Assembly: GCA_035510695.1 (NCBI GenBank)
Contig: DATKGO010000070.1
Coordinates: 1-43,057 of the forward strand
DNA from: Patescibacteria group bacterium
Lineage (GTDB): Bacteria > Patescibacteriota > Microgenomatia > Levybacterales > UBA12049
DNA: 43,057 nt
Direction of reading: 5' to 3'
Positions within the stretch are counted from its first letter, which is position 1, and each line of letters starts with the position of its first letter. The notes under the pieces are model-generated. The model searched no databases. It had not been told where the DNA came from and was given only the letters and a program-made list of their open reading frames with translations. Shown here piece by piece: positions 19,268-25,447 of this stretch. The position numbers and the translations under genes were made by a program.

Positions 19268-19567
19268 TTATTCAACTATTGCCAATATCTCGTCCTCTTT
19301 TACAATCATCCATTCTTCATTCTCAACTTTAACTTCATTTCCGCCCCATTTTTTATACATCACTTTCTGTCCTTTTTTAACAGTCATTGGACGTACTTCA
19401 CCTTTTGGCCCAACGTGACCGCTACCAACGGCCATCACTTCACCGATTTGTGGTTTTTCCTTGGCACTGTCAGGAAGAATAATACCGCCGGCAGTTTTGG
19501 TCTCTGCCTGCAATGGTCTAATTAAAACATTATCAAAAAGTGGTGTAATCTTACTTTTACTTGCCAT
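19268..19567 (-). CDS. groES: Co-chaperonin GroES
   Basis: ITPLFDNVLIRPLQAETKTAGGIILPDSAKEKPQIGEVMAVG. Lies 14 nt upstream of groEL. Confidence 0.97.
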   Translation of the reverse strand: MASKSKITPLFDNVLIRPLQAETKTAGGIILPDSAKEKPQIGEVMAVGSGHVGPKGEVRPMTVKKGQKVMYKKWGGNEVKVENEEWMIVKEDEILAIVE

Positions 19568-19615
19568 ATTAATCTTTTAACCTAAAAACTCGCAATCGCG
19601 ATGTTTGTCTGCTAA

Positions 19616-19644
19616 TTTATACAATACATGTGTTTTCTTGTCAA
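19616..19644 (-). promoter_or_regulatory. groES-groEL promoter, TTGACA-17 nt-TATAAA
   Basis: On the minus strand, TTGACA is at 19644-19639 and TATAAA at 19621-19616. A leader of about 40-50 nt follows. Confidence 0.65.
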
Positions 19645-19673
19645 TAGCCTATAGTAAAATCGCCCAGATTCAT

Positions 19674-19703
19674 TGAACTTGACACATATGAACTTGACAC
19701 ATC
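19674..19703 (+). repeat. Tandem 15-nt duplication TGAACTTGACACAT(A/C) x2, each copy carrying a TTGACA -35-like box
   Basis: Read directly from the sequence. The second TTGACA (19694-19699) lies 17 nt from TACGAT (19717-19722), upstream of the 19756 gene. Confidence 0.6.
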
Positions 19704-19755
19704 TATTCATCTTCTATACGATGAATATAACTGCTTAAATTGCAGCTAAAATTAT

Positions 19756-20604
19756 ATGGGGACACTAAGTGTTAAACGCCTACTGCTGATCGGCTTTATT
19801 GTTGTTTTACTCCTTGCCATTCCGGCCACCTTATATATTTTGAAACAGCAATCCAATACCCAAAGCCATGCCGTAAAATCAACCAATCTTTCATTTACAC
19901 CTACTTCTTCACCTACTTCACCCATTAATGCTAATGTCGGAGATTCAATTCCACTTACTGTTTATGTTGATCCCGTACAAAATTCCGTCACTTTTTTACA
20001 ACTTGAAATCGATTATGATCCTTCTGTGTTGCAGGTAGATCAATCAAGTTTTAAAGTAAATAATAGTACGTTCCCGACCATAATTAGCGGTCCAACTTTT
20101 TCCAGCGGAAAAATTACGGCTCAAATATCTACCGGAGCTAATCCTACAAGTGCCTTAACTAAAGCTGCGGCAGCGGCAACGATTAACTTTACTGCCCTGG
20201 CTCCTACCAGTTCCGGCCAGCCTACAGAAATAAAATATAATACGGCCTTAGGATCAAATAACGCATCAAATACAGTAGTTCTCTCAGCCGGCAGCTCGGA
20301 TACGGCAAGTGAAAATGTTCTGTCCACTGCAACTTCTGCCTATATAGCTATCGGCGGTGGTACTCCCACCGACACGCCTACACCAACTGTCGCTGTTGCA
20401 GTAGCAACGCCTACACCTGCTTCGTCTAGCGGCGTTCTAGAGGCTCCCACCGATACGCCAACTGAAACGCCAACCGACACGCTTACACCTATTATACCGA
20501 CAAATACCATCGCACCTACCGGATCAACCGAGGTCACATTTGGGGTTGGGGCTGTCTTAACCGTAGTAACCGTAGTCGGAGGCATTCTATTCTTCGTGTT
20601 ATAA
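19756..20604 (+). CDS. Secreted or surface protein: signal/anchor, cohesin-like beta domain, Pro/Thr-rich linker, then IAPTG followed by a C-terminal hydrophobic helix (possible sortase substrate)
   Basis: N-terminal LLLIGFIVVLLLAIPATLYIL. A cohesin-like segment GDSIPLTVYVDPVQNSVTFLQLEIDYDPSVLQVD. TPTDTPTPT repeats. C-terminus IAPTGSTEVTFGVGAVLTVVTVVGGILFFVL. Confidence 0.6.
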   Translation: MGTLSVKRLLLIGFIVVLLLAIPATLYILKQQSNTQSHAVKSTNLSFTPTSSPTSPINANVGDSIPLTVYVDPVQNSVTFLQLEIDYDPSVLQVDQSSFKVNNSTFPTIISGPTFSSGKITAQISTGANPTSALTKAAAAATINFTALAPTSSGQPTEIKYNTALGSNNASNTVVLSAGSSDTASENVLSTATSAYIAIGGGTPTDTPTPTVAVAVATPTPASSSGVLEAPTDTPTETPTDTLTPIIPTNTIAPTGSTEVTFGVGAVLTVVTVVGGILFFVL

Positions 20605-20618
20605 AGTTCATAATGTCC

Positions 20619-20668
20619 ATAAAGTTTATAAAGTAATGCCCTACGACTTTATGAACATTCAACTTTAT
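20619..20668. terminator. AT-rich nested palindrome between convergent genes (possible bidirectional terminator)
   Basis: ATAAAGT (20628-34) pairs with ACTTTAT (20646-52), and ATAAAGTT (20619-26) pairs with AACTTTAT (20661-68). There is no clear U tract on either strand. Confidence 0.3.
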
Positions 20669-20685
20669 AACTTTACAAACTTCGT

Positions 20686-22491
20686 CTACTTGCTTTCCAT
20701 CAACTTAAATAAGGCTTCCTGAGGTAAATATACTTTTCCGCTGGAAAGCATTCGCTTCTTACCTTTTTTCTGCGCTTCCAACAATTTATCTTTTCGCGTT
20801 CTGTCTCCGCCTGACATTTTCGCCAATACATCTTTTCTAAACGGCGGGATTTCTTCCCGGGCTACAATATTTCCACTAACTACTGACTGAATAATTTGTC
20901 GGAATTGCTGGCGGGGCAATGAGTCTTTCAGCTTTTCCGCTTTTTGCCGGGCAACATAAAGAGCATCTTCGCGATAGGCTAACTCGGATAAGACATCAAT
21001 GGTATTATCGTTAATTTTAACGTCAACCTGTACCAAATCCGCAGTTTTATAATCCGAAACTTCATAATCAAGACTGGCGTAACCTGAAGAAATCGATTTT
21101 AATTCCGCTGATAATCCACGGATAAACATACTGTACGGCAACTCATAAGTTAGAGTTGCATAGGTATCGTGATACTGCAAATCAATCATTGTTCCTTTAT
21201 GTTTTTGACAAGCTGTCATCACATTTCCGACATATTCCATGGGTACATAAACGGTCAACAGCATATACGGCTCTTTCATTTGCCCGTCACTCGTCTTTTC
21301 ATATACTACTTGCGGCATAGTTAATAATAATTCCAAACCAAATTCCTGTTGCAAGCGTTCTTTGACGATTTCGGCATGCAACAACCCCAGAAAACCAACC
21401 CGAAAACCGCTGCCTAAATAAGCCGAATATTCTTCAGTGTAGGTTAAAGCTGTATCGTTAAGAGACAGTTTACCCAATGACTCGCGTAGTTTGGCGAACT
21501 CTCCCGCGTCTCTGGGAAACATACCGAAAAACACCATGGGTTTGGGCAAAACATACCCCGCCAAAGGTTCAACTCGATTCCCTTCTTCGTCCTCCGCAAA
21601 CTTTGAACTTTGAACTTTGAACTTTGAACTTATTATGGTGTCTCCGACTCTTCCCTGTCGAATGTCTTTAATGTTGGTAATAACGTAGCCGATTTCTCCG
21701 GCCGATAAACTTGTTTTCGGCTGCAAAAAGGGAGAGAATGTCCCAACTTCCGTAATCAAAGTCTTAATATTATTTTGAAAAAGCTGAATAGAATCACCAA
21801 TCTTCATCCCGCCATCAATTAACCGAATATAAAGAACCACTCCACGGTATTCGTCGTAAACTGCATCAAAAATTAAGGCACGTAAAGGTTTTTTTTCATC
21901 TCCAATGGGGAAAGGAATTTTTTCGATAATTCGTTCTAACAGCTTATCAACGTTTTCCCCGGTTTTAGCGGAAATAAACAGTATTTCCTGTGCGTCAAAT
22001 CCAAATACCGAAACTAATTCTTTCACTACCGCTTCTGTTTGCGCATTTGGTAAATCAATTTTATTGATTACGGGGATCATCGCCAAATTTTGTTCTTTTG
22101 CTTCGTAATAATGAGCCACTGTTTGAGCTTGAATTCCTTGGGTGGCATCAACTAATAAAATTGCTCCATCACAGGCAGCCAAAGTTCTGGATACTTCATA
22201 AGAAAAATCCACATGCCCGGGAGTATCAATCAAATTCAAAATGTATTCTGAATCTTCATTATTCATAATTCTTGATTCATTATTCTGCATGCGGTAACGC
22301 ATGCGTACAGGTGCCAATTTAATTGTGATTCCGCGTTTTTTGCTGATTATGTTTTGATCGAGAAACTGTTCTCCTAATTTATCTTTGGCGATTGTTTGAG
22401 TCTGTTCCAAAAATCTGTCCGATAATGTTGACTTACCGTGATCAACGTGAGCGATGATAGCAAAATTACGGATGTGCTGTTGTAAAGTCAT
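20686..22491 (-). CDS. lepA: Translation elongation factor 4 (LepA)
   Basis: IRNFAIIAHVDHGKSTL, DTPGHVDF and NKIDL, followed by LepA-specific C-terminal domains. I set the start to the ATG at 22491 (MTLQQHIRNF); the 22530 start in the ORF track is a TTG. Confidence 0.95.
   Translation of the reverse strand: MTLQQHIRNFAIIAHVDHGKSTLSDRFLEQTQTIAKDKLGEQFLDQNIISKKRGITIKLAPVRMRYRMQNNESRIMNNEDSEYILNLIDTPGHVDFSYEVSRTLAACDGAILLVDATQGIQAQTVAHYYEAKEQNLAMIPVINKIDLPNAQTEAVVKELVSVFGFDAQEILFISAKTGENVDKLLERIIEKIPFPIGDEKKPLRALIFDAVYDEYRGVVLYIRLIDGGMKIGDSIQLFQNNIKTLITEVGTFSPFLQPKTSLSAGEIGYVITNIKDIRQGRVGDTIISSKFKVQSSKFAEDEEGNRVEPLAGYVLPKPMVFFGMFPRDAGEFAKLRESLGKLSLNDTALTYTEEYSAYLGSGFRVGFLGLLHAEIVKERLQQEFGLELLLTMPQVVYEKTSDGQMKEPYMLLTVYVPMEYVGNVMTACQKHKGTMIDLQYHDTYATLTYELPYSMFIRGLSAELKSISSGYASLDYEVSDYKTADLVQVDVKINDNTIDVLSELAYREDALYVARQKAEKLKDSLPRQQFRQIIQSVVSGNIVAREEIPPFRKDVLAKMSGGDRTRKDKLLEAQKKGKKRMLSSGKVYLPQEALFKLMESK
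21601..21631. repeat. Heptanucleotide tandem repeat (CTTTGAA) x4.4 inside the lepA coding sequence
   Basis: Read directly: ctttgaa ctttgaa ctttgaa ctttgaa ctt. It encodes SSKFKVQSSKF in a variable loop. Confidence 0.9.
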
Positions 22492-22498
22492 GCCTAAC

Positions 22499-22508
22499 AT
22501 TATACAAT
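22499..22508. promoter_or_regulatory. Overlapping divergent -10 boxes for lepA (TATAAT, minus) and the cyclophilin gene (TACAAT, plus)
   Basis: Minus-strand TATAAT at 22504-22499 lies 7 nt before ATG 22491. Plus-strand TACAAT at 22503-22508 lies 7 nt before ATG 22516. Both sit within the palindrome ATACAATacATTGTAT. Confidence 0.5.
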
Positions 22509-22515
22509 ACATTGT

Positions 22516-23223
22516 ATGCAAAAACTGCAAGTGTTTTTTAGCATTACATTATTAATACTTATAATTGGCATAGTTATAGTTTCTCAAACGTCACAAAAAA
22601 TGAGCACAAATGTCTCTATAACTCCTACAATCGATATGAGTCAACCGTTTCAGCTTATCCAGCCTTCTCAACAAGTACAATCGGCTCAAACGCAACAAAC
22701 ACAGCAACCACAGACAAATAATAACTTGCCAACGCCCACGGCCGAAGTAACTCAGCCTCCTCCTCCCGCCAGTGTTTCGGCAATTATTAAAACCAGCAAA
22801 GGCGATATTGATATTACGCTTTACGGCAGTGAGGCGCCGAATACTGTGAATAATTTTATAACGAAAGCAAATAGCAATTTTTACAATAATTTAACTTTTC
22901 ATCGAGTTGAAGATTGGGTGGTACAAGGCGGTGATCCGAATGGTGATGGTACAGGAGGGGGACAAATGCCGGCAGAACAAACCAGCAAACCGTTTGTGAC
23001 AGGTTCCATAGGCATCGCACGTGGTTCCGATCCGAAAATTAATAACGCGTCTCAGTTTTTCATCACCAAATCGGATGCCAGCTGGCTGAATGGTCAATAT
23101 ACTAATTTTGGTATGGTCACAAGCGGCATGGATGTAGTTAATAAATTGCAAATCGGTGATAAAATTTTAGGCATAACGATAAACTTGACTCAAACCGAAG
23201 GCGGCTTGACTGAAAGTCCGTAA
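22516..23223 (+). CDS. Membrane-anchored cyclophilin-type peptidyl-prolyl cis-trans isomerase
   Basis: N-terminal TM helix and a Q/P-rich linker. Cyclophilin core: GDIDITLYGSEAPNTVNNFI...FHRVEDWVVQGGDPNGDGTGG...QFFIT. Confidence 0.88.
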   Translation: MQKLQVFFSITLLILIIGIVIVSQTSQKMSTNVSITPTIDMSQPFQLIQPSQQVQSAQTQQTQQPQTNNNLPTPTAEVTQPPPPASVSAIIKTSKGDIDITLYGSEAPNTVNNFITKANSNFYNNLTFHRVEDWVVQGGDPNGDGTGGGQMPAEQTSKPFVTGSIGIARGSDPKINNASQFFITKSDASWLNGQYTNFGMVTSGMDVVNKLQIGDKILGITINLTQTEGGLTESP

Positions 23224-23243
23224 ACAAAAAAATCAATTCCTAT

Positions 23244-23268
23244 GTCATCCTGAATTCATTTCAGGATC
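23244..23268 (+). repeat. REP-like palindromic element GTCATCCTGAA-N5-TTCAGGATC (copy 1), likely the terminator hairpin for the cyclophilin gene
   Basis: 8-bp stem ATCCTGAA/TTCAGGAT with loop ttcat, followed by TTTA. The second copy lies at 24500-24524 on the opposite strand. Confidence 0.6.
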
Positions 23269-23275
23269 TTTATCT

Positions 23276-23746
23276 CTAATTATTTCCCAACTTTTCCAAG
23301 GCTTTTAAAGCATAGACTTTTATATTATCCATTATTTCTTTATTTGCTTCTATGGCTTCTTTCGTAAACCATCTGCATTCCTCGCTTTTTTCCCGTTCAA
23401 CTAATTCAACAATTTTATCGGTTTTTGATTTGGCAAAATATATCAGCGTCACATGCTCATGCTTAGCATTAATTCTATTTCTATTCATAAAATAAGGAGG
23501 TATTAATTCTTTAATCCCAGCTTCATTTTGATGAAATTCCTGTAAACTGTCATCCAATACAACATCTAACCCAACTTCTTCTTTTACTTCGCGAATTGCT
23601 GCTTGATTTGGATCTTCATCAAGTTCTATATGTCCGCCGGCTCCTAACCAAATTTTATATTTGTCGTGTTTACGCAGTAATACTTTATTTTTATAAACAA
23701 TAAAAACTTCAGAGGTAAAATCTATAGTTTCATGTATATGCGGCAT
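23276..23746 (-). CDS. NUDIX hydrolase
   Basis: Nudix box GGHIELDEDPNQAAIREVKEEVGLDV. Confidence 0.88.
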   Translation of the reverse strand: MPHIHETIDFTSEVFIVYKNKVLLRKHDKYKIWLGAGGHIELDEDPNQAAIREVKEEVGLDVVLDDSLQEFHQNEAGIKELIPPYFMNRNRINAKHEHVTLIYFAKSKTDKIVELVEREKSEECRWFTKEAIEANKEIMDNIKVYALKALEKLGNN

Positions 23747-23752
23747 AAGCAG

Positions 23753-23758
23753 AGTATA
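23753..23758 (-). promoter_or_regulatory. -10 box TATACT for the Nudix gene, 6 nt upstream of the ATG
   Basis: The minus strand reads ggTATACTctgcttATG. Confidence 0.45.
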
Positions 23759-23808
23759 CCCTTGTCTCTACCAAGATACAATATTTACTATCAAGTTTTG
23801 TTTAATTC

Positions 23809-23817
23809 TGTTATAAA
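23809..23817 (+). promoter_or_regulatory. Extended -10 TGtTATAAA, 6 nt upstream of the HAD-like gene ATG
   Basis: ctgTTATAAAttacctATG, read directly. Confidence 0.5.
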
Positions 23818-23823
23818 TTACCT

Positions 23824-24468
23824 ATGAAAAAATATTCAACTATTTTCCTTGACTGGTCAGGTACACTTTCAAATTCATATTTTTGGGGACATTGGCAGAA
23901 TAAGGCACATCCAAATTATGTATCTTTCAATCTTATTCAACAAATTCTTTTTCATGATTTATGGGATGAATTTGGTGATGATTGGATGAGGGGAAAATAT
24001 TCCAGTGAAGAAATTATTACTCGTGTTGCGAAAGAAATTAAACATGATTATAAATTTCTTTTTAATGAATTTGTTAATAGCTGCAAAGAAATGACGTTTA
24101 GTTCAAATGACATTAACGATCTTCTTATTAAATTGAAAAGGCAAAATAAAAAAATAGTTATTGCTACAGATAACATGGATAGTTTTACCCGCTGGACAAT
24201 TCCCAGTATGGAATTAACTGATCTTTTTGATGATATTTTAAATTCTTTCGATTTGAAATTATTAAAAGAAGATACCGACAAAGAAGGCAGAAGTATGTTT
24301 TTTGAAAATTATATAAATAATCACCAAGTAAAAAGAGAAAATTGTGTTTTAATTGATGACAGCAAAGATCTGGAAGAAATAGTCCAAAAATCAGGCATGG
24401 ATTATTTACAAGTAACTAACCAAAAACCTCTTTCTTACCATTTAAAAAATTTATTAAATGAATCATAA
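23824..24468 (+). CDS. HAD-superfamily-like hydrolase (atypical motif I DWSGT)
   Basis: IFLDWSGTLS (motif I with Ser in place of the second Asp), IATDNMDS, and LIDDS near the C-terminus. Confidence 0.5.
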   Translation: MKKYSTIFLDWSGTLSNSYFWGHWQNKAHPNYVSFNLIQQILFHDLWDEFGDDWMRGKYSSEEIITRVAKEIKHDYKFLFNEFVNSCKEMTFSSNDINDLLIKLKRQNKKIVIATDNMDSFTRWTIPSMELTDLFDDILNSFDLKLLKEDTDKEGRSMFFENYINNHQVKRENCVLIDDSKDLEEIVQKSGMDYLQVTNQKPLSYHLKNLLNES

Positions 24469-24488
24469 AAAAAACTCCCTTTCGGAAG
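24467..24488 (-). terminator. Intrinsic terminator of the rpoB-rpoC-rpsL-rpsG operon
   Basis: On the minus strand, CUUCC-GAAA-GGGAG (24488-24475) is followed by U8 (24474-24467). The T-G pair makes the stem valid only on the minus-strand RNA. Confidence 0.7.
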
Positions 24489-24499
24489 TTGATCGAAAA

Positions 24500-24524
24500 G
24501 ATCCTGAATCAAGTTCAGGATGAC
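24500..24524 (-). repeat. REP-like palindromic element GTCATCCTGAA-N5-TTCAGGATC (copy 2), 7 nt after the rpsG stop
   Basis: The minus strand reads GTCATCCTGAActtgaTTCAGGATC, followed by TTTTCG. Arms are identical to copy 1 but the loop differs. Confidence 0.6.
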
Positions 24525-24531
24525 AAACATT

Positions 24532-25005
24532 TTACCATCTGAAGCTGGCGAAGGCTTTGTTTGCGTCTGCTTGTTTCTGCATTACATCACGTTTTCTAAT
24601 GGCTTCTCCCTGATTCTGTGAAGCATCCATCAACTCCTGTGCCAATTTCTGGCCAAAGGTATGATATTCCGTATTCGGTCGCTTTCGCGCCGCATCCAAA
24701 ATCCAGCGAATCGCCAAAGCAACTTTTCTTTCATTTCGGACTTCAACCGGCACCTGATAGGATGCGCCGCCAACTCTGCGGGCTTTCACTTCAATCTTCG
24801 GCCCGATAGTCTGCAAAGCTTTTTCAAAAACTTCCAACGGATCCATACCTTTTTCTTTAATTAAATCAAAGGCTTGATAAATCGCTCTTTGTGCAGCAGT
24901 TTTTTTACCGTTTTTCATCAAACAATTGGTGAACTTAGCCACCAAAATACTGTTGTACATGAAATCCGGTTGAATTTGTCTTTTGTCTACTTTTTTATGT
25001 CTCAT
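24532..25005 (-). CDS. rpsG: 30S ribosomal protein S7
   Basis: MRHKKVDKRQIQPDFMYNS...VEVKARRVGGASYQVPVEV...ANKAFASFRW. Confidence 0.97.
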   Translation of the reverse strand: MRHKKVDKRQIQPDFMYNSILVAKFTNCLMKNGKKTAAQRAIYQAFDLIKEKGMDPLEVFEKALQTIGPKIEVKARRVGGASYQVPVEVRNERKVALAIRWILDAARKRPNTEYHTFGQKLAQELMDASQNQGEAIRKRDVMQKQADANKAFASFRW

Positions 25006-25006
25006 A

Positions 25007-25432
25007 TTATGCCACCTTAACTGAACCTGGTCTCTTCGCCCCGTATTTACTGCGTGATGTCTTTCGATCTACCACGCCTGCCAAATCAAACTTACCTCGC
25101 ACTATGTGATATTTCACTCCCGGCAAATCCTTAACGCGACCGCCTCTTACTAAAACAATGCCGTGTTCTGAAAGAGAATGACCAACGCCTTGAATATAGG
25201 CTGTGACTTCGGTTTTATTAGACAATTTTACACGCGCCACTTTACGCAAAGCCGAATTCGGCTTTTTCGGCGTCATGGTTTTGACCAATGTAACCACACC
25301 ACGTTTTTGCGGAGAATTTAACTCGGTATAAATTCGATCCTTAGCATTAAAAAGCCTGCGCAATCCTGTCGCGCGTACTTTCTTAATTTTATGTTTTCTG
25401 CCATATCTGGCAAGTTGTGATAAAGTTGGCAT
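25007..25432 (-). CDS. rpsL: 30S ribosomal protein S12
   Basis: MPTLSQL...[65 protein letters not shown]. Confidence 0.97.
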   Translation of the reverse strand: MPTLSQLARYGRKHKIKKVRATGLRRLFNAKDRIYTELNSPQKRGVVTLVKTMTPKKPNSALRKVARVKLSNKTEVTAYIQGVGHSLSEHGIVLVRGGRVKDLPGVKYHIVRGKFDLAGVVDRKTSRSKYGAKRPGSVKVA

Positions 25433-25447
25433 AAATTTAAAATATTA

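Noticed and set aside
19589-19615. CIRCE (HrcA operator) downstream of the groES -10
   Set aside because: The minus strand reads TTAGCAGAC-N9-GATTGCGAG. It matches only about 13 of the 18 consensus positions of TTAGCACTC-N9-GAGTGCTAA, and the two halves are poorly complementary to each other (5 of 9). The position is right, but the match is too weak to call.
20340-20585. 81-aa minus-strand ORF rich in Val, Gly and Ser
   Set aside because: It is the antisense reading of the Pro/Thr-rich linker of the surface-protein gene.
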